A DNA stretch of 64,000 nt from Octopus vulgaris (lineage: Eukaryota), in NCBI GenBank assembly GCA_951406725.2, contig OX597814.1, positions 26,908,001 to 26,972,000 of the forward strand. Direction: 5' to 3'. The notes below the pieces were generated by a model. That model had not been told where the DNA came from, ran no database searches, and worked only from the letters and a program-made list of their open reading frames with translations. This document shows positions 51,538 through 64,000 of the stretch, piece by piece; within the stretch, counting starts at the first letter, position 1; each line of letters opens with the position of its first letter. The translations under genes and the position numbers were made by a program.

Positions 51538-53719
51538 TATCCAAAAATAGCTGAATAGCTGCCACTACTACAGCTGCTGCTGCTGTTGATGTTGGGTATT
51601 CCCAAGTTAACCCTGTGATCAAAGGTCTTTATACTGTGACTGTCCTATTTTTAGAGATGGTGGAGGAAGATTCAACAACAGTCTGACTAAGACTGCATTA
51701 GCTGATATTACCCTCTCTTTCAAGACAGTTAGATGTGGCTACTATTTTTAGCAGGTCAAATATCTGCATTGAAACATATATTGTTGTTGATGATGATGAT
51801 GATGATGATTGTTGTTGTAGATTTCTAGATCAGCTAAGATTGAACAAACCAGTGATCAAAGACATTCAAGCCATGACCATCCATCTCTATTTCAGACATA
51901 ATATTTTTTTCTTAACACGGTTAGGTATGAGTTGAAGGAGATTTGCTACCTCATAAGTTGCTCTGATGTTATATGAACGATGGAATAGCCATGTAAAATC
52001 TTAAGTCATCTTTAATGATTGAATAAAGGCAGTCAGTCTTCTGATCAAACTACAGAAACTATGCTTCCATTGATTTTCATATTCCTGATACTGTCTGACA
52101 GAATTGTCTATTGGTTTTTGGTGGTAGGATGAGTTTTGAACTCAGAATGCACAGATTTGGAACATTCACCACAAAACATTCCATCCAATACTCCAGCAAT
52201 CCACTGTCCTGGACTGGTACTTTTTTATCGACCCTGGAAAGATGAAAGGCAGAGTTGACCCCAGTGAGATTTGAACTTAGAATACAGAGAATCAGAATAA
52301 ATACCCTATGAAATATTATAGCTATTTGTCTTAAATATTGCTAGTTGTCTTGAATGATAAAATAACCTATTAGCAGAAATATTTTAAAAAGTAATAGATA
52401 TAGACTATGTTCCAAATCTATCACAGATTAAATCATTGAACAGAAGCATAATTAGTCAAGGGTGGAAAAAATATTGGGAAGACTCAAGAGATAAACTATC
52501 AAATTTTATTCGCCATTATCTCAGCTAATCTATATAATACACATTAGATATTAAGCAAGGTTAACAAAGACATGTATGGAATCTGCCATATTATTTTGAA
52601 CTATATTGCAACACAAACTAGTCAAATGGAATCACCTTTACACTCTTGTAGACATGAAGCATAAACCTTACAGTATTATTTATTCCACTGCAAAAGGGGC
52701 ACATTTTTAAAACAGTCTGAAAGGGGGTACATTTTTAAAACAGTCTTAAAAGGACTACCAAGATTTGAGGGGAAACTTATTTTCAAGGCTTCACCAACTA
52801 CAAATAAGTCTTGTCAGTTGATGGTGGCTACAAAAATATTAAATAACAGAAACATTTAACTGTTTTTGATCTGCAGTCTTTTCTTCTATTTCTTCTTTTA
52901 TATTTTTGATTTTGTTTCTTTTTCAAAAAATAAAAAGGTTATTTTATACCTTTCTCACTCTGTCATGTCTTACTTGCTTTATACAGAAGCTTAAATTGAT
53001 TAAATAAATAAATATAACATTATATGCTGCCTTTGATGATGGAATACTCATATACTGTACATTAAATGCAGTCACTTTAATTATAATCTCCCAAAGCTGA
53101 AGATTTTTTTTACAAAAGTAAAATATATCAATTATTTTGGTTCCAATTTGTCTAAAACAAACTCTCAGTTCCATGTTATTGCCCCTGAGGCTGTTTCAGG
53201 TCTCATGGAGACAACAGATTTAAAACTTAAGTATCCATATATAAATTAAATTTTTAACTGAAATCTCATTATTATATGAATAATGATTTGAGATTTCAGG
53301 TGGTAAAAATCCCATCATAGTTTTTGTCTTTTACTTTTGGTGGTGGTGAGGAAGGTTTATATATGTAATTTTTATGTATTATAAACATCTGCTTGATTAC
53401 TTATTAATATAATAGCTAACTTACTAAACTTCTCATTATTTTTTATTACTTTGCAAAATTATGGAAAATTAATACACATTTTATTCTCACTAGAATCACC
53501 ATCATAAACTGAGCAAAATATCATTATAAACAAGATTTATAATGAAGACGAAAGTTATTGTGTTGATGATGGCAACTTTTGTTTTCGTATAGTTAGAAAA
53601 TAGAGAAATGAATTGTGCATATAGTTATTTATTTTATCGAGTCAGTAACATTTAATCTCTCTTTAGTAAAGTCACTAAACAGGCTATTGTGAATAATTTA
53701 GTCTGGTCCACTACCAGTT

Positions 53720-54160
53720 GTTATCATCATCATTATCATCATTGTTTTAATGTCCACTTTCTCATACTTGCATGAGTCAGGTGGAATACATTGAAGCAGA
53801 TTTTCTATGGCCCAATGCCCTTCCTGTCACTAACCCTCACCTGTTTCAAAGCAAGGTAATATTTTCCCACAGCTGGACATGTTTTTCATGAATGACTGGA
53901 AGTGAGGGGCACCAAGTGCATGACGATGACACTTGTTTATAACTATCACATTATGTCAAGACAAGTAGATACAAACACACACACAAACACACACACATAT
54001 ACAATAAACTTCTTTTAGTTTCTGTTTACCAAATCCACTCACAAGGCTTTGGTTGGCTGAAGTTATAATAGAAAATACTTACCCAAAGTCCCACATAGTG
54101 GGACTGAACCAAAGCTACCTGGTTGGGAAGCAAACGTTTGAACTACATAGCAATCCTGCA
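53720..54160 (-). mobile_element. Composite SINE: tRNA-derived head with (ATG)n-tailed 3' end
   Basis: Same architecture and sequence blocks as 41275-41690. Confidence 0.7.
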
Positions 54161-56794
54161 CATCAGCCAACCTTGCATTTTTGTATTCAATCTACTTCAG
54201 TTTTACTAATGGATTTATATTGTCACAAGAAGTGGCAGAAGAATTCAAGCATTAAATGATCATTCTCTCTGTTGCAAGCATTCTTCGGTTTAAAAATACC
54301 TTCCCCACTCCTTCCAACATGACTATGCCATAAAAACATGGACACAAATTTGAAAATGTGATTAAAGATGAGTGAAACAATCTCCAATATATCTAATGCA
54401 TATTCTACCAAAAAGTCAACCTATACGACCAAATTCTGCACAATGTAACTGTTATAAGTGAAAATAAGTTTAAATGTAACTTAAATTGAATAATTGTTGT
54501 TGCTGTTGTTTTCGTTTAACTGTGGGTCTACCTTGATATGCATACCTATGATCAAAAGCATTCTAGTCAAGATCATGCAGTCTTTTCAGACACTTTATTT
54601 CAGACAATATTCTCCAAAACATCCTTCTTTTTTTAAAAAAAGATGCTGGAATTTGATTCAAAAGAGAGATTTGGTTGCTAATTCTAGATCTTGAGTGAAC
54701 ATGCAGATGTACTTGTATTGGCTCAATTGATATAATTGTCATATGGGAAAGTAATCTGGAGGATAAATGTGTTAGAGTCCTATGTTAAATAAACATTTCT
54801 GAGTTCATTCGACTAATGACATCAGACTAACAAATCAAATTAACTTATAAGATAAAATGAACAGTGCAAAGAGTCATTTCCCAAGGATTCTAGTTTGGAA
54901 ATTTAAACAGGATAGTTAATTCTTCATTTCACAACCAAGAGTTTTCCCTAAGTTTAAATGGATTAAAGAAAAATCTACTCCAATGAACTCTACTGGAAAA
55001 AAATACTAAGTTGTTCCAAGTTAGTAAAGTCAATTACAGATCACAAGGGTAGTGAAAAAATACCAAAAGGCATTTTAATGTGTAGAAGACCAGCCAAGTA
55101 TAACAGCAAAAGTTATCTCAGCAGAGTCCTTAACTTTGCTACAATAAAGATCATATGTTTAAAGTTATAAATTTTGAGGCAACGTGCTCTAAATAAGAAT
55201 GGGATTGCATATTTATAATATCAATGAACTTTTTCAACTGGATACCTTTGTGCTGTAGATTTCTCAGATATTTAGCAGAGTTGAGTGACATATCTACAAA
55301 AACAGTTTAAAAAACCAGCTGAATACAGCATTGGTTAATGTGTGCCTGAGAGACACAATTATAATAGTAGATTAAATAATGAATGAATGCTGACTTATAA
55401 AAGATTGTGTAATTTAGTAGAGAGTACCTACGGCAAAATGAAACAGAACAAAGTGTTAAGGTTGAATATCAAAATAATGAGTGATGAAAGACCAAGACAA
55501 CTGGCAGTATAATCTACAGCAGATCTGTCCAGCCAATGTCAGCATGGGAAAATAGATAGTAAAACATTAACAACAATAACAACAGTGACAGCAGCAATAG
55601 TGATGAAGATGACTTACTTGCACATACTTTTAAGTACCAAAATATTTGTATAAGTTTCTTTATATGCACATCAGAGGGCATGTTGGTGCAAATTAAAACT
55701 CACTATTTACCAATTCTTAATATACTAGTCAGTACACGATGATGTTCATATCAGCAAAATATTCTCAATACTAAATTCTTTCATATATGGTAATATATGA
55801 AAGTTTCTATACAGAGAGAAAAATTAATATGAATGAGATATTAACATCTCTCAAAAGCATCCATAAATACACATATTCATACACACACATGTTGAGATGA
55901 AAACTGCCCTCTCATACACACACACTTGCACATAATCATATATATATATGCATTTATACATTGTTCTTTTAAAACAAGTCTTTATTGCTACCCAACCCCA
56001 ACAGACAGTTGTCACAGCTACAAAAAGACTGAATATTAATCTACTACTTCATTCAGTTGCACAGCTAGTGTGCATTTATATTTGTGCATGCTCACATAAT
56101 GCTAAGCAGGTGTAGATAGTTCCATATGAAAACACATGCTTTCAGTGGTTGTTCACCATTCAAGTGGTTCTGAGAGAAAAAGACAGAAATATGAGCTGTG
56201 TAAAGAAGATTATAATACTGAACACTTGTGCACTTATAATTGGTTTATATGTACTTTAGAACTACACATAGATGGCAAGGCTGAACACACGAGTAGCTGC
56301 CTTTTGCAGGCACAGAGAGGGAGGTCAAATTATTAATTCTGTTTGTAATCTTCTTATAAAAGATAGACAAAAGTATGATTTCCATACAAGGATGCATGAA
56401 TGCATCTTACTGACTCAATCAGTTATGATACAGTCAAAATATCTTATACACACGAATACATATGCACATACATTCATAACACACTCACCAACTCAGGTTT
56501 ATGAACATTTTCATAGACCTTTTGTTAAAGAATTGAAATTAAGTTTAAAAGACTTAGATTCATAGATTTTACATTGACTTCTTGACTTGTCCAATGATTT
56601 CACTTCTTATAAATTAATCACTTATGAAAGGATAATAAGAACATTATCAACTCTTTCAATAAATTTATTTACAAAATTAAGAAATACTAAAGGTAAAACA
56701 TTGAATTTTTTGCTAATTTTATAATGGTCACCGTTTTGAATTACACCACAGACATTATACTGTGTTGCCAAGCACAACAGATTATTCTTTTTAT

Positions 56795-57105
56795 CATCAT
56801 CATCATCATCATCATTGTTTAACGTCCGTTTTCCATGATAGCATGGGTTGGATGGTTCGACCAGGGTCTGGGAAGCTTGGAGGCTGCACCAGGCTCCAGT
56901 CTAATCTGGCAGTGTTTCTACAGCTGGATGCCCTTCCTAACACTAACCACTCCATGAGTGTAGTGGGTGCTTTTTATATGCCACCGGCACAGGTGCCAGG
57001 GGAAGCTTGCAAGGGCCACGATCGGTTGGTGCTTTTTAAGTGCCATCAGCATGGAAGCCAGTCAAGGTGGTGCTGGCATTGGCCACATTCGGATGGTGCT
57101 TTTAG
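56795..57105 (-). mobile_element. (ATG)n-tailed retroposon 3' end (RTE-related)
   Basis: catcatcattgtttaacgtccgttttccatgatagcatgggttgg...cagctggatgcccttcctaacactaaccac; similar copy at 62830-63130. Confidence 0.7.
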
Positions 57106-57729
57106 CAACTGCTGTTAACACACAAAACGCTTGCTCCGACAACTTACAGTTCTTGGAATTTATATACCCATTCACTGAAACCAGCAAGACCAGCAATGAT
57201 AAATCAAATATTAAATAATATAATAAGAATAACAGATAAGCTTAAATGTATCTAGTTGTTACAAGTTACTGTTATCTCCAAGTTGGTTCTGATTGAGTAG
57301 ACCTATGATCAAAGGCATTCCAGACACAACCATCCTGATTATGTTCTAGATATACTGTCTCCTCAAGTTACATTATTCAATGTAGCCTTCTAATGTTTTT
57401 AAGATGGTAGAATGTGAGTTGAAGATTTGGCTTTTACTTCTAGCAGATCAAGCAACCACATGGAGGCCCTCAGAATATTAAAAATTCTTCAAAGAGCAAA
57501 CTAGATAATATGTCATGAGGAAGAAGATCAAAAGAAGAAATATGACAATTTGGGCAGAACCCTAATTTATATTACTTTTTGCTAAGGCAGACCATTTCTA
57601 ATTTCTTCAGATTCTTCAGTTCAACTGCTAAAAATCTTCTAAATATCTGACAAACCAACATTATCTAACCCTACCACTATCTCTATCATTTTCACTTTTA
57701 TCTTTAGTTACAGATTCTTTAATAAACTG

Positions 57730-58268
57730 AGGTGCAGGTATAGATGTATGGATATGGAATTTGCTTCATAACCTTATGATTGTGAGTTCCATCTTATGTC
57801 ACTGCATGGCATCTTGAGCAAGTGTCTTCCATCATAGTTTCAAGCTAACCAATAGCTTGTGAGTGAAATTAGTTGATGAAAACTGTATAGAAACCTTTCA
57901 TGTGTGTATGTGTGTGTGTTTCATATTCTATTACTTATTTCAATCATTAGACTGTGGCCTTGAAGAATTTTAGTTGAATGAATCAACCCCAGTAGTTTTA
58001 TTATTTTAAGCCTAGTACTTATTCTATCGATCTCTGCTGAATTGCTAAGACACACCAACACTGGTTGTCAAGCGGTAGTGGTGGTGGTGGGACAAAACAG
58101 ACAGACAAACACTCACACACACACACACACACACACATATGACAGGCTCTTTTCAGTTTTTGTCTACCAAAATCTATTCACAAGGCTTTGGTTGACCTAA
58201 GGCTATACTAGAAGACACTTACCCAGAACCATGTAGTTGGGAAACAAGCTTCTTACTACACAGCCATG
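57730..58268. mobile_element. Two convergent SINE copies (+ head 57730-57900; - copy 57930-58268)
   Basis: gcaagtgtcttccatcatag...cttgtgagtgaa on the + strand faces attcacaaggctttgg...ctagaagacactt...cacagccatg. Confidence 0.7.
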
Positions 58269-59249
58269 AATATTTTGCATCTTCACATGAAAGCCTTGAG
58301 TAAAAAATACCTACGTTTGTATTCTCTGCCAACTAATTATCTTCTAACTCTACACTTTTAAAAACAAATGGTATTGAAAAAAATCCTTTACTTGACAAAC
58401 AGATAATAGTTAATAATCGGATGGTCATCTGGCAGCAAAACAATGCCTTAATAAATAAGTATCACCCCAACCCATGCTAGTATGGAAGAACAGACATAAA
58501 ATGATTGAATGAACTAAAAATATATTATATGTTAAAGTTTTTTTTTTCTTAGCAAGCTGAGATAGCTGATAGATCATTTGCTTTTGCAACTGAAAGTATT
58601 TCATAAATGGATACAACTATTCAGATAGGTAAATTGCAGTAAGCAAAGCTATGTGCTGTGGACAATGGTACAACATAGTTGGTATTGTTTAAATTTGCCA
58701 ATTTGTTGTCTGTAATCAAATATAAACTCGTAGCATGCAATTCTTTCATCCATTTATCACTTTACTAACTTCAGTCATAAGATTGCAACCATACTTGGGT
58801 ATCACTTTCAAGTGGTGAACTGCTAATTCCACCATTTGAAAAACTTCAAAACTGAAATGCTAATTTCAATCTGGTGTTAATTTTATTATTTATTGATTGA
58901 TTTATCAAATGCCTAAAAGAACAAAACTCAAATCCTTTTTCTACACTAGTATACACAGACATATATACACACACAAAAAAAAAACACACATACATGTGTG
59001 TGTGTATTTGTGCATGTATTCCTTCCTTCCTTCTTTCCTTCAACTCCCAGTGGAGTTGTAGGAATTCATTATAAACCTAGCAGAACACATCCCTTTTACA
59101 GTCTGACCACAGCTGATTTATTCCAGAGAGAGCGTATGAGAGCTAAAAATTGATCCCAGTACTGATTCAAAAAGGATGAAAGGCAAGTTTGGTTTTGGTG
59201 AGTTTTGCACTCAGAGAGTAGAGATCTGGAATAAACTTAAAATCTGGTC

Positions 59250-59315
59250 ATAGAGTGACCAATGGTTTCGTATCTATGAAAGCTACAGCCTTGTGGACAG
59301 CTCATCAGACTCTAT
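59250..59315 (-). ncRNA. Type I hammerhead ribozyme-like motif
   Basis: Minus strand: atagagt-CTGATGA-g(30 nt)c-GAAAC-cattg-GTC-actctat. 7-bp stem I, intact core, ACCA/TGGT stem III, GUC triplet; stem II irregular. Confidence 0.72.
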
Positions 59316-59570
59316 ACAAAGACAAATTTAACTTTCTACCTCGTGGGCATGAGGAAATACTATGATAACGAGGCCCAGCGACTGGCCTATAAAGCGTTAT
59401 TGAGGACAGGTTATCTTCCCTGGACTAGAGGATAAAAGAAGGTCTATTCAAAATCTTTACGGTCTCATATTAGCCTAACCAGCAAATGGGGAAATTCAAT
59501 TTTCCAGTAGGTAGCTCTTAAAATGAACACATTCTTAGAAAATTTCTTTATGATTATTTAATATATGTAG

Positions 59571-59790
59571 AGGCGCAATGGCCTAGTGGTTAGGGCAGCG
59601 GACTCGCGGTCGCAGGATCGCGGTTTCGATTCTCAGACCGGGCATTGTGTGTGTTTATTGAGCGAAAACACCTAAAAGCTCTACGAGGCTCCGGCAGGGG
59701 GTGGTGATCCCTGCTGTACTCTTTCACCACAATGGCGGTGCCCCAGCATGGCCACAGCTCAAGAGCTGAAACTGGAAAAACAAAAACAAA
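59571..59790 (+). mobile_element. tRNA(Arg)-like SINE inserted in the Penelope-like ORF
   Basis: aggcgcaatggcctagtggttagggcagcggactcgcggtcgcaggatcgcggtttcgattctc (A/B boxes), body, and A-rich tail. Confidence 0.85.
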
Positions 59791-60546
59791 AACAAACAAA
59801 ATATCAGGCATAGCATAGTCCTTAACAATTTTGGTTCTCTCTGTGATGCAGATTTTGCAACAGCTACTCCCACTAATATATGGGCCTGAATGTTTTATGA
59901 CCTTCCACCTGATATCATCTGTTGTTACTTGTTTATCATTCATCTAACTCAGAACCTGCAGTTCACTTGAGTCTGAAGTCTATTGAATGCAGTACAATGA
60001 ATGCAGTGTTTGTAATCATGTGCAACACTGAGGACACATATATTCAGTCAGCCATTTGTGATTGTATGCACAACTGGAATATAAACTTGTGTTTACTTTA
60101 GGAAGTATGCCTTTGTCTTCAAATATTGTTTGTACATGATAGCGATATCACCAACCCAACTGTGGTACTTTACTATTTAAGTACCTGGTTCATTTGAATC
60201 CCGAAATTTATATATATATATATATAGATAAAATGGGGTTTGTATGATTGTGTATAGAGGGATGTATATTATTCAAAGAAATTCCAACTCTGTATGTTTT
60301 TTATGTTTTATTTATATTCTTTACAATATTAATGTAGAATATAGAATATATAGTATAAATAATATATACAGTAAAATGAAATGAAGTATTGATTGTCTTA
60401 TTGAATAGATGAAATACTGAATATAAAATATTAAGGGACTAGTATACTTTCTTGTATTAAAGCAGTCTTCAAGGTCCCAGGTTGTGACAGTAGTGTTTCA
60501 ATATATATTTATAAATATACACACACACATACATACATATATATAT

Positions 60547-60604
<58 letters not shown>

Positions 60605-61942
60605 GCTTCTGCACAGTTACCATCAATCAGGTTTTGCTTACAATGTATTTGACAACTCAAAGCTAGAGTAGATGACCCTTGCCTTAGATGATATGCAGTG
60701 AGATTGGACTCAGAATTAGGTGGCTGCAAAGCAAATCTTTAACTACACAACCTTGCTTCAGTCTAGATAAAGAAAAGTTTTTAAAGAAAAAGATTTTATG
60801 GTTCAATAATTGAGGGAAACAGACAAACATATCTTGCTTAATTGGCACAATACAATGGATTCAGTCTTATAGTTTCCACTGTAGCACTACTTATTCTTTG
60901 TTTATTTGTAAAATTGGAAGTGTCTGCCAAAAGTTGATGTCTTGTCAGGAATTTTTATTTCCCTCTTCTCGTTTGTTTTGGGGTTTTTTCTCTCCCTCTG
61001 TTTTTAAAGAACGTCTGTTTTTAATATAGGGGGAACTTCAAATTACTGAACAAAGAAAGCAATTAGAAACAAAAAATATTTTGTAAGACAGACATAAGGA
61101 AAGAAAGACAATGAAAGCAAAAGAGAATAATAGAGAGAGAGAGAGTGAGAGAGAGAGAGATCAACAATGGCCTTGCTTTCTCATTATTTTGTAAACTTGG
61201 AAAGTATCAAATTTTTGCTTTCAAATTAGATGGCTCCTAATCCATGCATGATAAGTTTATAGAATCAAAGGATTATGGGTATAAACAAATTATAATTTTT
61301 CCCTTACTTTTCATCTCACTGATTGTCATTTTCATTTCTCCTTCACTAAAAATTTCTGACTTCATTTTTTGTATTTATCTTAAAGGAATATATATGTATG
61401 TGTGTGTGTGTGTGTATACACTGGGAGTGGGTTTTTTTTCATTATATATGTATGTAATTTTTCTTACTTTTTCTTTTTGGATCTATTGCCATGAAACAGC
61501 ATTCCATAATAACAAGGAACTGGTCACTCCAACTCCTACATTTTGGTACTAGTTTATATAGGAAACAGAAAATGAAGAAAAGTGTAACTTCAAACAGACT
61601 TTGACAGCACTGCTATTTACCATCATCTTCTTTACCTCAACTTCGCTGCTGAGACTGCATTAATGAGCATGTTGCTATGACAAAACTTATCTAGCTTGAA
61701 ATTTTTAGCCTTTGTTCTTTCAAGTAATTGAATGTTGCTTGTAGAGAAGTGATTAGAGGAGAAAAACCAGCCTGCTTTTTGCTACCTTTCGACTACCACC
61801 ACCATTACCATCGCCAAAGACCACTATTGGAACTCTACTCATTTCCTTGCAAAATTGTATCAAATAGAGCAACTGGAAAGCTAGCATTAAGACATATTTT
61901 AAATAACTACACAGAATTTGTCATCCCTTTGACATATTTTCA

Positions 61943-61979
<37 letters not shown>

Positions 61980-62784
61980 GGAGAGACAGAAAGATATTGA
62001 GTGAGACGTTGGAGATCAGGGAACATAAATTGTATGTTTAACAATATCTATAATAGAGTTTGTAAGAAGTTGCCGATGCACAAATGAGTTTCACTTGGAA
62101 ATGTATGTGATTAATACCTTAAATATAGATCAAGATAGAGCTAGTGTTGTTCTTCATAAGCAAATGATAAAAAGAAAAGAAAAGAAAGAAAAAAATACAA
62201 CAGAATTCAAATATCTGAAATATAGAAACTTTGATGACAGTAGTAGCTTTTATTTTAGTTATTTTTAATCCCACCCTAGTATCATACTGATATTTTTTCA
62301 TGTTAATAGAACTATGAAGCTGATATTTTTCTTTATTTTTTTCTTTTCAAGAACACTGGGTGGTGTAGGGGGTGGAGGTTGTGGTGGTGGTGGTGGTGGT
62401 GGTGGTGATGGTGCAGCAATGTGTTGGTAGCAGTGGTGGTGTTGGTATTGACAGTGCATATCATTCTAGGTTCTGATAATGATGGTGATTCCCTATTTAA
62501 CTGTTTCCTATTTAAATGTCTGTTATGTTTTAATATTGAAGTTCATTCCTCTATATAAGTTGATTAGGAAATCTCTGCGCAATTTTCAATTTTATTACTT
62601 TATTAGTGCTATTTCATATTCATATGTGTTACATCAAAAGTCAAAATATTGAAATGCATCATGTTAAAAATCATATGAATATTGATTTTATGTTATTTAC
62701 TATCATTTTTTTAAGTTTAAAGGAGTTGCCAATCATCCTATATTAATAGCAAAATTATAGGATGTATATATATATATGCATGTA

Positions 62785-62829
<45 letters not shown>

Positions 62830-63199
62830 CATTATCATCGTTTAACATCCACTTTCCAAGCTGGCATGGGTTGGACAGTTTGACTGAAAACTGATAAGCT
62901 GGAGAGCTGCACCACGTTCCAATCTGATTTGGTAAGGTTTCTACAGCTGGATGCCCTTCCTAATGCCAACCACTCTAAGATAGAAGTGGATGCATTTTAC
63001 ATGCCACTGGCATGGGTGCCAGTCAGATGGCACTGGCATCAGCCATGACTACGATTTAACTTGGTTTGACAGGTCTGCTCAAGCACAGCATGTCAGATCC
63101 AAAATTTAAAGATCATGCTTCAACACCTCGTCTCACATATATGTATATATATATTTATATATATATACACGCACACTCATATATATATATCATCATCGT

Positions 63200-63233
<34 letters not shown>

Positions 63234-63269
63234 GCACACACACACACATATATATATATATAAAGGAGC

Positions 63270-63474
63270 AGTCCCTCAGGGAGATTCGGTGTGACACAGA
63301 GTGTGACAAGGACAGTCCTTTGAAATACAGGTACAACTCATTTTTGCCAGCTGAGTGGACTGGAGCAATGTGAAATAAAGTGCCTTGCTCAAGGACACAA
63401 CGCATCAGCAGGAATCGAACTCATGAGCTTACAATTGTGAGCCAAATGCCCTAACCACTAAGCCATGCGCCTTC
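63270..63474 (-). mobile_element. tRNA-derived SINE (tgtgtccttgagcaaggcactt core)
   Basis: Reverse complement: gaaggcgcatggcttagtggttagggcatttggctcacaattgtaagctcatgagttcgattcctgc...gttgtgtccttgagcaaggcactttatttcac. Confidence 0.85.
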
Positions 63475-63476
63475 TG

Positions 63477-63544
<68 letters not shown>

Positions 63545-64000
63545 GAGAGAGAGAGATGGAGTAAACAGTTTCCTCATTTTGCTTCTGATTTCTCTATTTT
63601 TTGGTATTTGCTATATTATAAATATCAAAACTAGATAAATAATAAATTATTATTATGATAACTAATTAAAGGAGAGTTGGAGTGTTAAACTTACCCTGCT
63701 CCATCTCTGCATCTACGAATTCATTCATACAAATTAAGTAATCCAGTTTCAACTTTCAGCAACATACTCAATTTGCCAATGACTTGAGTGTGTTACCTGG
63801 AATTACTTGGCCTGAGGTGTATCTAATTATAGATTTTGTCTAAGTTCCAATAAAGTAACTGTTAGAATTTTCGATTTTCTCATATCTATCATGAATCTAG
63901 CTTCATGTCAGTTTCATCTGTAAATCTTTGACAAACAACCCAGATCAATATGATTTGTAACTAACTTATTTCAAACTTTACAAATGCTGTAACTACATGA

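Larger units (their letters stand above)
59250..59945 (-). mobile_element. Penelope-like element 3' part (GIY-YIG C-terminus plus 3' UTR with hammerhead core), interrupted by a SINE
   Basis: 'IRWKVIKHSGPYISGSSCCKICITERTKI' (59820-59915) and, past the SINE, 'ILNNHKEIF*ECVH' (59525-59566) match the Penelope 'W.I.....PY.....C.LCL.EK..I...LN.R.E....C.H' tail. Confidence 0.8.

Noticed and set aside
52692-52752. 28-bp tandem repeat x2 (aaagggg.acatttttaaaacagtct)
   Set aside because: Simple slippage duplication with no spacers; not CRISPR-like, and the context is eukaryotic.

Overview
AT-rich, microsatellite-dense animal genomic DNA. The SINE families and repeat spectrum point to a cephalopod, most likely Octopus (inference). 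I can support only one host coding exon: a 374-bp + strand internal exon (29550-29923) encoding the first fibronectin type III domain and the start of the second of a neuroglian/L1CAM-family adhesion molecule. The rest of the window is therefore probably two very large introns. These hold decayed mobile DNA: a Helitron (Rep plus PIF1 helicase remnants), two Tc1-type and two mariner elements, an R4/Dong-type retrotransposon end in a (TAA)n tract, RTE/RTEX and L2/Jockey-like LINE scraps, Penelope-like fragments, MITEs and several tRNA-derived SINE families. The most unusual signals are: (i) seven hammerhead-ribozyme-like cores at Penelope-like termini, where the five antisense copies keep the stem III/cleavage segment and both sense-strand copies have lost it; (ii) a ~680-bp foldback palindrome; (iii) a recent ~550-bp inverted duplication 5.7 kb apart. 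Items (ii) and (iii) are potential long dsRNA in a neural pre-mRNA. Most ORFs in the supplied track are microsatellite artefacts. All alignments and folds were done by eye.
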